The notes below the pieces were generated by a model. The model did not search any database. It had not been told where the DNA came from and saw only the letters and a program-made list of their open reading frames with translations. Of a stretch of 32,000 nucleotides of DNA, positions 19,040 to 29,623 are shown one piece after another (within the stretch, counting starts at the first letter, position 1; every line of letters begins with the position of its first letter). The DNA lies in assembly GCF_023585745.1 (NCBI RefSeq), contig NZ_CP097762.1:90001-122000 (forward strand), given 5' to 3'. A program made the position numbers and the translations under genes. Source of the DNA: Candidatus Saccharimonadota bacterium (GTDB lineage: Bacteria; Pseudomonadota; Gammaproteobacteria; Enterobacterales; Enterobacteriaceae).

Positions 19040-19066
19040 TTGAAAAGTAAGGTTTTGGCCGCATAT
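19040..19066 (+). promoter_or_regulatory. Sigma-32 (RpoH) heat-shock-type promoter of dnaK-dnaJ.
   Basis: TTGAAA (19040-19045), a 13-nt spacer, then CCGCATAT (19059-19066). The E. coli sigma-32 consensus is CTTGAAA-N13-15-CCCCATNT. It forms a local GC island (GGTTTTGGCCGCATATCAGG) in an otherwise roughly 85-90% AT spacer. It lies 45 nt upstream of the dnaK ATG, with the Shine-Dalgarno GGAGA at 19099-19103. Confidence 0.6.
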
Positions 19067-19110
19067 CAGGTCATAGTGTGAAGAATTTGATTTTCATTGG
19101 AGATGTATAG

Positions 19111-21027
19111 ATGGGAAAAATTATTGGTATCGACTTAGGCACAACTAATTCTTGTGTTGCAATTATTGAAGGTAATAATCCTCGTGTTCTAGAAAATAGT
19201 GAAGGTGATCGTACAACGCCTTCTATCATAGCGTATACGCAAGACGGCGAGATTCTAGTTGGGCAACCAGCTAAAAGACAATCTGTTACAAACCCTAAGA
19301 ATACTTTGTTTGCTATTAAGAGACTTATTGGGCGTCGATTCCAAGACAAAGAAGTACAACGTGATGTTAATATAATGCCTTATAAAATAATTTCTGCTGA
19401 TAATGGAGACGCTTGGTTGGATGTAAAAGGAAAAAAAATGGCTCCTCCGCAAGTTTCTGCTGAAATTTTAAAGAAAATGAAGAAAACTGCAGAAGATTAT
19501 CTTGGGGAAGATGTTTCTGAAGCTGTAATTACAGTGCCAGCATATTTTAATGATGCTCAACGTCAAGCTACTAAGGATTCTGGAAGAATAGCTGGACTTG
19601 AAGTAAAGCGTATTATAAATGAGCCAACTGCCGCTGCATTAGCCTATGGTTTAGATAAAGACACCAAAGGCAGTAGAACCGTTGCAGTGTACGATTTAGG
19701 AGGAGGTACTTTTGATATTTCTATTATTGAAATTGATAATGTTGATGGAGAAAAAACTTTTGAGGTTTTATCTACTAACGGTGATACCCATTTAGGTGGT
19801 GAAGATTTCGATAGTCTTTTAATAAATTATTTAGTAGATGAATTTAAAAAAGATCAAAATATAAATTTATATAATGATCCTTTGGCAATGCAAAGATTAA
19901 AAGAATCTGCTGAAAAAGCGAAAATAGAATTATCTACTGCACATCAAACTGATGTAAATTTGCCTTATATTACAGCAGACAGCGCTGGACCCAAGCATAT
20001 GAATTTTAGGGTGACTCGCGCAAAATTAGAGTCTCTTGTAGAGGATTTAGTGAATCGTACTTTAGTTCCACTAGAAGTAGCATTAAAAGATGCAAATATA
20101 TCTATATCTAATATAAATGATGTAATTTTAGTAGGCGGTCAAACACGTATGCCACTTGTTCAAAAAATGGTTTCTGAGTTTTTTAAAAAAGAACCAAGAA
20201 GAGATGTTAATCCTGATGAAGCAGTTGCGATAGGTGCAGCGGTGCAAGGTGGTGTATTATCTGGAGACGTAAAGGATGTGTTATTATTAGATGTAACTCC
20301 ATTGTCTTTAGGAATTGAAACAATGGGTGGCGTTATGACTTCATTAATTGCGAAAAACACTACTATTCCTACGAAACATAGTCAAGTTTTTTCTACAGCC
20401 GAAGATAATCAGTCTGCAGTTACTATACATATATTACAAGGTGAAAGAAAAAGGGCTAGTGATAATAAATCTTTAGGACAATTTAATTTAGATGGAATAG
20501 CTCCAGCGATGCGTGGAGTTCCACAAATTGAGGTAACTTTTGATATTGATGCTGATGGAATTCTGCATGTCTCTGCGAAAGATAAAAATAGTGGTCGTGA
20601 ACAAAAGATTACTATTAAGGCTTCTTCTGGTTTAAATGAATCAGAGATAAATAAAATGGTTAAAGAGGCAGAAGCTAATGCAGAGTCTGACCGTAAATTT
20701 GAAGAGTTAGTACAAGTTCGTAATCAAGCGGATCATTTATTACATAGTATTAAAAAACAATTAAAAGAAGTAGGTGATAACTTACCATCAAATGATAAAT
20801 CTACTATTGAGAACTCACTAAAAGAGCTAGAGTCAGTTATAAAAACTGAAGATAAAAATCAAATTGAATCTAAATTGCAAGATTTAATTAAAGTGTCCGG
20901 AAAATTATTAGAGATAAGTCAAAAAAATAAAGAAAAAGATAAAACCCAAGATTCTAGCGCTCCATCTAATAAGAATGGAGATGTAGTGGATGCGGAATTT
21001 GAAGAAATAAAAAATAAAAAACAGTAG
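19111..21027 (+). CDS. dnaK: Chaperone DnaK (Hsp70).
   Basis: [18 protein letters not shown]...[10 protein letters not shown] matches over the full length (638 aa, the same as E. coli). The C-terminus [14 protein letters not shown] is conserved. Confidence 0.98.
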   Translation: MGKIIGIDLGTTNSCVAIIEGNNPRVLENSEGDRTTPSIIAYTQDGEILVGQPAKRQSVTNPKNTLFAIKRLIGRRFQDKEVQRDVNIMPYKIISADNGDAWLDVKGKKMAPPQVSAEILKKMKKTAEDYLGEDVSEAVITVPAYFNDAQRQATKDSGRIAGLEVKRIINEPTAAALAYGLDKDTKGSRTVAVYDLGGGTFDISIIEIDNVDGEKTFEVLSTNGDTHLGGEDFDSLLINYLVDEFKKDQNINLYNDPLAMQRLKESAEKAKIELSTAHQTDVNLPYITADSAGPKHMNFRVTRAKLESLVEDLVNRTLVPLEVALKDANISISNINDVILVGGQTRMPLVQKMVSEFFKKEPRRDVNPDEAVAIGAAVQGGVLSGDVKDVLLLDVTPLSLGIETMGGVMTSLIAKNTTIPTKHSQVFSTAEDNQSAVTIHILQGERKRASDNKSLGQFNLDGIAPAMRGVPQIEVTFDIDADGILHVSAKDKNSGREQKITIKASSGLNESEINKMVKEAEANAESDRKFEELVQVRNQADHLLHSIKKQLKEVGDNLPSNDKSTIENSLKELESVIKTEDKNQIESKLQDLIKVSGKLLEISQKNKEKDKTQDSSAPSNKNGDVVDAEFEEIKNKKQ

Positions 21028-21134
21028 AATTTTTAATAAATTTAAGGAATAAAATGAAAATTATAATAAGTCCTAGTGATATATGATAGTGTTGCGCTAT
21101 ATATCTAATATGTAGATATAATGGAGATAAGAAT

Positions 21135-22268
21135 ATGGCTAAAACAAAGTCAGATTATTATAAGATTTTAGGTATTCCTAAAAATGCGGATGAACGTGAA
21201 ATTAAAAAATCTTATAAACGTTTGGCCATGAGGTTTCATCCAGATAGAAACCCAGGAGATGCTTCTGCAGAAACTAAATTTAAGGAAGTCAAGGAAGCAT
21301 ATGAAATATTGAGTAATCCTGATAAACGTGCTGCTTATGATCAGTATGGGCATGCAGCGTTTGAATCAGGAATGAATTCTGCTAATGCTGCGGAAAACGC
21401 AGATTTCAGTGATATTTTCGGTGATGTATTTGGAGATATTTTTGGGGGTAACAGACGTAGTGGTAGAGCCAGCAGGGGAGCAGATTTACGATATAATATG
21501 AACCTAAATTTAGAAGATGCAGTGCGTGGCATAACAAAAGAAATTTGCATACCCACTATGTTAACATGTGAAAATTGTCGGGGTAGCGGAGCTAAATCTA
21601 GTGCTTCGATAATTTCTTGCATGACTTGTCATGGGCATGGACAGATTCAAATGCGTCAAGGTTTTTTTTCTGTTCAGCAAACTTGTCCTGCGTGTCGTGG
21701 TCATGGGAAAATAATAAAAGAAATATGTAATAGATGCCGAGGAAATGGTAGAGTAGAACGATCTAAAATTCTGTCTGTTAAAATACCAGCTGGAGTAAAT
21801 ACGGGCGATAGGATACGTTTATCAGGAGAAGGTGAGTCTGGAAAAAATGGTGCTCCTGCAGGAGACTTGTATGTTCAAATACAAATAAAGAAGCACCCAA
21901 TTTTCGACAGAGAAGAAAAAAATCTTTATTGTGAAGTGCCAATAAGTTTTTCTATGGCTGCTTTAGGTGGAGAAATTGAAGTACCTACTTTGGATGGTAG
22001 AGTTAAGTTAAAAATACCCCCAGAAACACAAACTGGTAAATTATTTCGTGTAAGAGGCAAAGGGGTAAGTTCAATAAGAACTGGGGGTAATGGAGATTTA
22101 TTATGTAGAGTGGTGGTAGAAACTCCAGTAAAATTAAATGATTTTCAAAAACAATTATTGCAAGATTTATCTAATAGTTTCAAAGGGCCTCATGGTCATA
22201 AAAATAGTCCCAGGTCTAAAAGTTTTTTCGATGGTGTAAAAAAATTTTTTGACGATTTAACTCGTTAA
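21135..22268 (+). CDS. dnaJ: Co-chaperone DnaJ.
   Basis: The J domain is present ([33 protein letters not shown], with HPD). A G/F region is present. All four CxxCxGxG zinc motifs are present ([32 protein letters not shown]). It is 377 aa. Confidence 0.97.
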   Translation: MAKTKSDYYKILGIPKNADEREIKKSYKRLAMRFHPDRNPGDASAETKFKEVKEAYEILSNPDKRAAYDQYGHAAFESGMNSANAAENADFSDIFGDVFGDIFGGNRRSGRASRGADLRYNMNLNLEDAVRGITKEICIPTMLTCENCRGSGAKSSASIISCMTCHGHGQIQMRQGFFSVQQTCPACRGHGKIIKEICNRCRGNGRVERSKILSVKIPAGVNTGDRIRLSGEGESGKNGAPAGDLYVQIQIKKHPIFDREEKNLYCEVPISFSMAALGGEIEVPTLDGRVKLKIPPETQTGKLFRVRGKGVSSIRTGGNGDLLCRVVVETPVKLNDFQKQLLQDLSNSFKGPHGHKNSPRSKSFFDGVKKFFDDLTR

Positions 22269-22393
22269 ATTTAAATAAATGTTTTGTATTTTGTGTAAAT
22301 AGTAATAAATATTAGATTTTATTTTTCTGTTATTTTAACTATCACCACTAAATAAATAGATTTAGTCTTCAGTTTTATAAGATTTTATTAGGC

Positions 22394-22678
22394 TCATTGT
22401 TTCTTACAATGAGAAGAATTCATAGACATGAGTTGAGCGTACACTCTAGACTTATATCTAGCAGCTTTATTTTTATGTATTAAACCTTTACAAGTTTGTC
22501 TATCAATTATTTTCTGCATAGTAACAAACGCATTCATAGCAGTCTCTTGATTTTTAGAACTAATCGCATTATACACTTTTTTTATGAAAGTACGCAGCAT
22601 AGAACGCTGACTCATATTATATTTGCGTTGAATTTTTGATTTTATTAAAGATTTTTTAGCTGATTTAGTATTAACCAA
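22394..22678 (-). CDS. rpsT: 30S ribosomal protein S20, with a TTG start.
   Basis: M(V)NTKSAKKSLIKS...SQRSMLRTFIKKVYNAI...GLIHKNKAARYKS aligns with E. coli S20 (MANIKSAKKRAIQS...SRRSMMRTFIKKVYAAI...GLIHKNKAARHKA). The start codon, read on the minus strand at 22678-22676, is TTG. It is divergent from ribF, as in E. coli. Confidence 0.95.
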   Translation of the reverse strand: MVNTKSAKKSLIKSKIQRKYNMSQRSMLRTFIKKVYNAISSKNQETAMNAFVTMQKIIDRQTCKGLIHKNKAARYKSRVYAQLMSMNSSHCKKQ

Positions 22679-22911
22679 TATCTTGCTCCCAAATTTAGTT
22701 TTTAAAATATATTAGATATGATATTATATTTTTGTCCAGATTTAGATTTAAAATGTGTGTATAAATTAATTACGATGTTTTTATGTTCATAGTTTATTTC
22801 ATAAGTCTGTTTTATATTAAGACTATATTATATATAGTATGAAATATATATAATATAAAATAAGTGATTTTTAAAAAAAAATCAATTAAATATTTTTAAT
22901 TTTTCAGCTGC

Positions 22912-23889
22912 ATGGAATTTATTAGAGGACTATATAATATTAAACCTCATCATAGAGGTTGTATACTGACTATCGGAAATTTTGATGGTTTTCATCGAGG
23001 ACATCAAGCATTACTTTCTAAATTGCAAGTTATAAAAAATAATTTAAAATTGCCTATTGTAGTAATGATTTTTGAACCGTATCCTAAAGAATATTTTTCT
23101 AAAAAAATAAAAATAAGATTAACTGTATTACGAGATAAAATTAGTTATTTATTTTATGCAGGAGTAGATGTTATATTATGTATAAGATTTGATAAGAAAT
23201 TTGCTTCTATTGAAGCGCATAATTTTATTAAGAACATATTAATATATAAATTAGGGGCGCAACTTATTTGTATTGGAGATGATTTTAGATTTGGAGCGTT
23301 TAGAAAAGGAGATTTTATATTATTGAAAAAAATAGGTAAAAATGCAGGATTTAAAGTAATACGTAGTGTTACACACTGTGATAATCAAGGGGTTAGGATA
23401 AGTAGTACTGCAATACGTACAGCCTTAATAGAAAATAGAATTCTGGATGCTGAATTATTACTTGGACATTCTTATTGTGTTTCCGGAAGAGTAATACATG
23501 GAGATAAGTTAGGGAGAAAAATTGGAGTGCCTACAGCTAATATATCGTTGCAAGGAAAACTATTACCTATACAGGGTGTATATTTAGTAAAAGTATATGG
23601 AATTCTTAACATTCCATTACCGGGTATTGCTAATATTGGTGTACGCCCTACAATACTTGGAAAAAATCAACAACAATTAGAGGTACATTTATTGAATGTT
23701 TCAATTAATTTATATGCATATCATATTAAAGTAATTTTTTTAAAAAAAATACGTGATGAACAAAATTTCGTTTCTATAAAAATATTAAAAAATCAAATTA
23801 CAACCGATATAATAGAAGCACGTAATTATTTTAATAAAAAAAATAATTTTAACAAATTTATAAAATCGGAATTATTAATAAATGATTAA
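22912..23889 (+). CDS. ribF: Bifunctional riboflavin kinase / FMN adenylyltransferase.
   Basis: FIRGLYNIKPHHRGCILTIGNFDGFHRGHQALL matches E. coli RibF (LIRGIHNL...GCVLTIGNFDGVHRGHRALL). The C-terminal kinase motif GVPTANI is present. It overlaps the ileS start by 8 nt. Confidence 0.95.
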   Translation: MEFIRGLYNIKPHHRGCILTIGNFDGFHRGHQALLSKLQVIKNNLKLPIVVMIFEPYPKEYFSKKIKIRLTVLRDKISYLFYAGVDVILCIRFDKKFASIEAHNFIKNILIYKLGAQLICIGDDFRFGAFRKGDFILLKKIGKNAGFKVIRSVTHCDNQGVRISSTAIRTALIENRILDAELLLGHSYCVSGRVIHGDKLGRKIGVPTANISLQGKLLPIQGVYLVKVYGILNIPLPGIANIGVRPTILGKNQQQLEVHLLNVSINLYAYHIKVIFLKKIRDEQNFVSIKILKNQITTDIIEARNYFNKKNNFNKFIKSELLIND

Positions 23890-26713
23890 CTACAAAAATA
23901 CTTTAAATTTACCATATACAGACTTTTCAATGCGTGCCAATTTAATTGTTAAAGAACCTCTAATATTAGAACGATGGTATAAAGATGATTTATATACAAT
24001 TATTCGTAAAAAGAAAAGTAAAAAAAATTTATTTTTTTTACATGATGGCCCTCCTTATGTGAATGGAAATATTCATTTAGGTCACGCAGTGAATAAAATA
24101 TTAAAAGATATCATTATTAAATATAAAACTTTTATGGGTTATAATGCGCCCTATATTCCTGGTTGGGATTGCCATGGATTGCCAGTAGAATTACAAGTAG
24201 AAAAATTAATAGGTAAATCAAGAGTACATATATGTCCAAATAAATTTCGTAATATTTGTCGTGATTATGTTACAAAACAAATAGCAATACAAAAAAAAGA
24301 TTTTATAAGACTAGGTGTTTTAGGAAATTGGCATCAACCTTATTTGACAATGGATTTTAAAACTGAAGCGAATATTATTCGTACTTTAAGTAAGATTATA
24401 TCTAACGGTTATTTATATAAAGGTATAAAACCTATACATTGGTGTTTTCAATGTGGTTCCGTATTATCTGAATCAGAAGTAGAATATAAAAATCATTTTT
24501 CTCCTGCTATTGATGTTGCTTTTTCTGTAGTTAATAATGCTTATATTACTAAAATATTTAATATTGATTTATGTGAACAAGCTGTAATAAAATTAGTAGT
24601 TTGGACTACTACTCCATGGACGTTACCTGCTAATAAAGCAGTTGCTGTACACCCCGATTATAATTATCAACTAATATTAATAAATAATGATACATATATA
24701 ATTATTGCAACTGATTTAGTAGTTTCTGTAATGAAACGTATAAGATGTATGTCTTGGAAAATTGTAGGAGAAACTACAGGAAAATTTTTAGAATCGTTAG
24801 TTTTAAAACATCCTTTTATTACGCATACTACTATACCAGTAGTGCTTAGTAAGCATATATTATTAACTTCCGGAACAGGAATAGTACACATAGCTCCAAG
24901 TTATGGAGTTGATGATTTCTTGATAGCACAAAAATACAATTTGAAAGCTGCAGATATAATGAACGACACAGGTTTTTACATAAATGGTACACATTCTGTA
25001 TTAGATGGTTTAGCGGTATTACAATCTAATAATATAGTAATAAATTTATTAAAAGAATCAAATTCTTTATTACATGTAAACCAAACTTACAAACATAGTT
25101 ATCCATATTGTTGGCGTCATGCAACTCCCATTATTTTTAAAGCTACTGCGCAGTGGTTTTTAGATATGAATAAAAATAATTTGCGAGATAATTTGTTAAA
25201 TGTAATTGATAAAGTCAGCTGGATTCCTAACAAAAGTAAAATTAATATTAAAACTATGTTAATTAACAGACCTGATTGGTGTCTATCGAGACAACGTGTT
25301 TGGGGTGTGCCAATTCCATTATTTGTTAATAAAAAAACCTCGAATTTACACCCAAACACATCTGAACTAATGGAAATCATTGCGCAATATGTAGAAAAAT
25401 CTGGAATACAAGCGTGGTGGGATTTAAAAGTTGAGGATGTTATAAAAAATGAAGCTAATCAATATGAAAAAGTATCAGATGTGTTAGATGTATGGTTTGA
25501 TTCTGGATCTACTTATGATGCAGTAATACCAGAAAGATTAAAAAATTACAATAAAAGATTATCTGATTTGTGTTTAGAGGGTTACGATCAATATCGGGGT
25601 TGGTTCATGTCATCATTAATTATATCAACAGCAATTAACAATGTTGCCCCTTATAAAGAAGTAATAAGTCATGGATTTACTGTAGATTCTCAAGGATACA
25701 AAATGTCTAAATCTCTTGGCAATGTTATTAAACCAAAAGATATTATAAATAATTTTGGAGCAGATATTTTGAGATTATGGGTAGCATCTTCTGAATATTC
25801 TACAGATATGACTATTTCAAACACTATTTTGAAACATACGACTGATATATATCGACGCATTCGTAATACTGCTCGATTTTGTTTAGCTAATCTTAGTGAT
25901 TTTATTCCTGAACGGGACTGTATTAATGCAGAAGATATGGTTGAATTAGATTGTTGGGCTGTGGATTGTGCTTTATCTACACAATTATCCATAATTTCTG
26001 ATTATAATAAGTATAATTTTCATAAAGTAATACGTCGGATAATGCATTTTTGTTCAGTAGAAATGGGAGCGTTTTATTTAGATGTAATTAAAGATAGACA
26101 ATATACTATGAAAAAAAATTGTATAGCGCGAAGAAGTAGTCAAACTGCGTTGTATCATATTATAGAGTCTATGGTCAGATGGATAGCTCCAGTATTATCT
26201 TTTACTGCTGATGAAATTTGGCAATATATTCCTGGTAACAAATCAAAATATGTATTTACAGAAGAATGGTATAATGGTTTATTTAGTATAAATACAAAAA
26301 ATATTATCAGTAAAAATCATTGGAACACATTTCTAAATATTAGAAATGAAGTTAATAAAGTTATTGAACAAGCACGTTTTGATGGTATTATAAAAAAATC
26401 TTTAGAAGCTAATATTATTTTATATGCTAAAGACAAACTGTCCAGTCAATTACGTATTTTAGAAAATGAATTGGCTTTTGGCTTTATAACATCTACCGCA
26501 GAAGTAATAGATTATTATAAGTTGGATGTTAATCAACATAAAAAAGAAAATATACCAGGATTACAAATAATATTAAAAAAAGCAACAGGTGAAAAGTGTT
26601 TACGTTGTTGGCATTATAAATCGGATGTTAATAACAATAAAAATTATTCGAATATTTGTGCACGTTGTATTGATAATGTATTTGGATTAGGTGAAAAACG
26701 TAGATTTTTTTAA
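23882..26713 (+). CDS. ileS: Isoleucyl-tRNA synthetase.
   Basis: MINYKNTLNLPYTDFSMRANL...LHDGPPYVNGNIHLGH (HIGH motif), KMSKS, and the C-terminal zinc motif CLRCWH...CARC. It is 943 aa against 938 aa in E. coli. Confidence 0.98.
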   Translation: MINYKNTLNLPYTDFSMRANLIVKEPLILERWYKDDLYTIIRKKKSKKNLFFLHDGPPYVNGNIHLGHAVNKILKDIIIKYKTFMGYNAPYIPGWDCHGLPVELQVEKLIGKSRVHICPNKFRNICRDYVTKQIAIQKKDFIRLGVLGNWHQPYLTMDFKTEANIIRTLSKIISNGYLYKGIKPIHWCFQCGSVLSESEVEYKNHFSPAIDVAFSVVNNAYITKIFNIDLCEQAVIKLVVWTTTPWTLPANKAVAVHPDYNYQLILINNDTYIIIATDLVVSVMKRIRCMSWKIVGETTGKFLESLVLKHPFITHTTIPVVLSKHILLTSGTGIVHIAPSYGVDDFLIAQKYNLKAADIMNDTGFYINGTHSVLDGLAVLQSNNIVINLLKESNSLLHVNQTYKHSYPYCWRHATPIIFKATAQWFLDMNKNNLRDNLLNVIDKVSWIPNKSKINIKTMLINRPDWCLSRQRVWGVPIPLFVNKKTSNLHPNTSELMEIIAQYVEKSGIQAWWDLKVEDVIKNEANQYEKVSDVLDVWFDSGSTYDAVIPERLKNYNKRLSDLCLEGYDQYRGWFMSSLIISTAINNVAPYKEVISHGFTVDSQGYKMSKSLGNVIKPKDIINNFGADILRLWVASSEYSTDMTISNTILKHTTDIYRRIRNTARFCLANLSDFIPERDCINAEDMVELDCWAVDCALSTQLSIISDYNKYNFHKVIRRIMHFCSVEMGAFYLDVIKDRQYTMKKNCIARRSSQTALYHIIESMVRWIAPVLSFTADEIWQYIPGNKSKYVFTEEWYNGLFSINTKNIISKNHWNTFLNIRNEVNKVIEQARFDGIIKKSLEANIILYAKDKLSSQLRILENELAFGFITSTAEVIDYYKLDVNQHKKENIPGLQIILKKATGEKCLRCWHYKSDVNNNKNYSNICARCIDNVFGLGEKRRFF

Positions 26714-26715
26714 TA

Positions 26716-27204
26716 ATGTATATACAATATAATTGTAAAATTTTTAAGTGGTTATGTTTGTCATTAATATTAATGTTTTTAGATATATATACTAAATCAT
26801 TTATAAGAGCGCATTTTTTTATTGGAGAGATTTTTCCAATATTACCTGGAGTTAATTTATGTTGTGTCCTTAATTCGGGAATAGCTTTTGGATTATTATC
26901 TAATATTATTTGTGTTTATCAAAAAATTTACATCGCACTAATAATATTAGTCATTATTATGGTTGTATTTTTTTTGTATGGTTCGAATTGTTTTTGTAAA
27001 ACTTATAGTTTTTCATATTCGATGATGATCGGAGGTGCTTTAGGTAATTTATATGATAGAATATTATATGGAGCAGTTATTGATTTTATTGATATTTATG
27101 TTGCCAATTGGCATTGGCCAGCATTTAATATTGCAGATGTAACAATTTTTTTTGGTTTCTTTCTTTTAATAAAAGAACATTTTTTTAATTTTTATAATAT
27201 TTAG
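26716..27204 (+). CDS. lspA: Lipoprotein signal peptidase (signal peptidase II).
   Basis: [37 protein letters not shown] and FNIADV match the E. coli LspA catalytic-Asp regions ([30 protein letters not shown]). It starts 2 nt after ileS. Confidence 0.93.
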   Translation: [162 protein letters not shown]

Positions 27205-27261
27205 ACTGCATATTTTATATCTAATTTATTTAGAAAATATTACTCAAATGTAATATTTAGC

Positions 27262-27307
27262 CTCATATTACTAATATGAGATGTGATAAATCATCATCGA
27301 TGATGAT
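27262..27307. repeat. Two tandem perfect palindromes in the lspA-ispH spacer.
   Basis: CTCATATTA-C-TAATATGAG (27262-27280, 9-bp arms) and ATCATCATCGATGATGAT (27290-27307, fully self-complementary 18-mer). Both were verified base by base. Confidence 0.85.
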
Positions 27308-27350
27308 ATTATTTAATATAATGTACTCAAGATTTTAATACATATCAAAT

Positions 27351-28295
27351 ATGATCGATAAAATTATATTGGCTAATCCAAGAGGATTTTGTGCTGGAGT
27401 AAATCGAGCAATTAACATTGTAGAAAAAGTGTTGCATAAATATGGCAAACCTATTTATGTACGTCATAAATTAGTACATAATGATTATGTGATAAATGAT
27501 TTATCTAAAAGAGGTGTGATTTTTGTAGAAGAAATAGATGCAGTACCCAATAAATCAGTATTAATTTTTTCTGCTCATGGAGTTTCAAAAAAAGTTAGAG
27601 AACAAGCGAAAAATAAAAATTTAACAATATTTGATGCTACTTGTCCTTTAGTTAGTAAAGTACATATGGAGGTGTCTAGGGCTAATAAAAATTATATGGA
27701 AGTAATTTTAATAGGACATTTCGATCACCCAGAAGTAGAAGGTACAATAGGACAATACATCATTAATAATCATAAAAAACAAATATATCTTATTGAGTCT
27801 AAGTCGGATGCTTGGTTATTAGAAGTTAATGATCCGAATAATTTATCTCTAGCAACTCAAACAACATTGTCTATAGACAGCACTAAAGAAATCTGCGCTA
27901 TTTTACAGCACAGATTTCCAAAAATTGTTTTTCCTAGAAAAAATGATATATGCTATGCAACATTTAATAGACAAAATGCTCTGAAAAAACTAACATTATT
28001 GGTTGATATAATACTTGTAATTGGATCAAAAGATTCTTCTAATTCTATGAGGTTATTAGAATTAGCAAATAATACTGGTAAACTTTCATATTTAATTGAG
28101 CATGTTAATGATATTCAAAAACAATGGTTTTTCGGTATAAAAAATATTGGCATTACTGCTGGAGCATCAGCGCCAGATATTTTAATAAATCAAGTGATTG
28201 AAAAATTAAGTAAATTTAGCACAAATGATTGTGTAATTGAAGAAATGGTTGCAGAAAAGGAAGATATATTTTTCAATATTCCTAATAATATCTAA
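27351..28295 (+). CDS. ispH: 4-hydroxy-3-methylbut-2-enyl diphosphate reductase (IspH/LytB).
   Basis: [20 protein letters not shown]...[11 protein letters not shown]...FSAHGVS...[15 protein letters not shown] matches E. coli IspH. The three cluster cysteines are conserved (GFCAG, ATCPL, ICYAT). Confidence 0.97.
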   Translation: MIDKIILANPRGFCAGVNRAINIVEKVLHKYGKPIYVRHKLVHNDYVINDLSKRGVIFVEEIDAVPNKSVLIFSAHGVSKKVREQAKNKNLTIFDATCPLVSKVHMEVSRANKNYMEVILIGHFDHPEVEGTIGQYIINNHKKQIYLIESKSDAWLLEVNDPNNLSLATQTTLSIDSTKEICAILQHRFPKIVFPRKNDICYATFNRQNALKKLTLLVDIILVIGSKDSSNSMRLLELANNTGKLSYLIEHVNDIQKQWFFGIKNIGITAGASAPDILINQVIEKLSKFSTNDCVIEEMVAEKEDIFFNIPNNI

Positions 28296-28521
28296 GCGTT
28301 TAGATAAAACTAATCAATATTAAAAAAATTATTGCTGAAAATATCGTGTTCATCACATACAATATGATTATGATGTTAATATATATTGTATAAATTTTTA
28401 AGAAAATAACTAATATCTATACATTATAGTATAACAAACTATAATACTAGTTATTAGTATTTAAATAATTAATAAATCAATATAAAATTATATATTTGTA
28501 ATTACAAGGTATCTCAATATC

Positions 28522-29376
28522 ATGATTTCTATAAATAATTCTAGTCCATTATTACGTATTGCTGTCACAGGAATAACAGGACGTATGGGTAAAAAAATAA
28601 TAGAATATTTTTTAATAAAAAAAAATAAACAACTTAGTAAAAAAATTATATTAGGAGCTGCTATAGTACGTAAAAATTCTAGTATTTGTGGTATAGATAT
28701 CGGTACTTTTAATAAAATTAATGAATTTGGAGTAAAAATTACTGACAATTTAGAATTAATCAAAGATGATTTTGATACTTTAATTGATTTTACTGCTCCA
28801 GATATATCAATACAATATTTAAATTTTTGTGTTAAAAATAATAAAAGTATAGTAATCGGTACTACTGGTTTCAAGCAACAACATAAAAATATTATACGTA
28901 ATGCATCTAAGACTATAGGTGTTATGTATTCTGCTAATTTTAGTATAGGAATAGCATTAATTTTAAAAATTTTACATAAAATTACAAAAATTATTGGAAA
29001 TAATGCAGATATTAGTATTATAGAAACTCATCATAATAAAAAACGTGATATACCATCTGGTACTGCTATAATGATGCAAGATCTCATTAGAGATACACTA
29101 CAATCTATACAGACTAATAAATCTATAAATTACAATTTAAAAAAAAGAATGTATCCTTCTAAACAAAAAAATATAATTTATGATATACCAATTCATTCAA
29201 TACGTATAGGCAACGTTGTTGGGGAACACACAGTGTTATTCAATATTTTAGGAGAACGCTTAGAAATTACACATAAAGCAGATGATCGTGCAATATTTGC
29301 TTATGGAGCTTTATGCGCTGCTATTTGGCTAGGATGTAATAAAAAAGGTTTATTTGAAATACATGATATATTATAA
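28522..29376 (+). CDS. dapB: 4-hydroxy-tetrahydrodipicolinate reductase.
   Basis: RIAVTGITGRMGKKII, DDFDTLIDFT, VIGTTGF, YSANFSIG, IIETHHNKKRDIPSGTA, GNVVGEHTVLF and GERLEITHKA all align with E. coli DapB. Confidence 0.96.
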   Translation: MISINNSSPLLRIAVTGITGRMGKKIIEYFLIKKNKQLSKKIILGAAIVRKNSSICGIDIGTFNKINEFGVKITDNLELIKDDFDTLIDFTAPDISIQYLNFCVKNNKSIVIGTTGFKQQHKNIIRNASKTIGVMYSANFSIGIALILKILHKITKIIGNNADISIIETHHNKKRDIPSGTAIMMQDLIRDTLQSIQTNKSINYNLKKRMYPSKQKNIIYDIPIHSIRIGNVVGEHTVLFNILGERLEITHKADDRAIFAYGALCAAIWLGCNKKGLFEIHDIL

Positions 29377-29479
29377 ATATACATATTTATATACTATAAA
29401 AAGTAAATATGACTGCATTAATTGTTAAATAATTACGTTAGTAATATTATTACATTGAAATTCTTAAATTTAAATATAA

Positions 29480-29514
29480 TAAAACATGTGTAAATTTTGT
29501 TTACACATGTTTTA
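29480..29514 (+). terminator. 15-bp perfect hairpin, a probable dapB terminator, between dapB and carA.
   Basis: TAAAACATGTGTAAA-TTTTG-TTTACACATGTTTTA, with arms that are exact reverse complements. It is followed by CTTTTA. It lies 104 nt after the dapB stop and 110 nt before the carA ATG. Confidence 0.5.
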
Positions 29515-29623
29515 CTTTTATGTAAAATAATAATAATTTAAATTTTAATAAAAATTCATAAAGTTTCCTAATCAATTATGTTAATTAACAATTAATTGTT
29601 TTGTTAAAAATAGAGATATTTTA

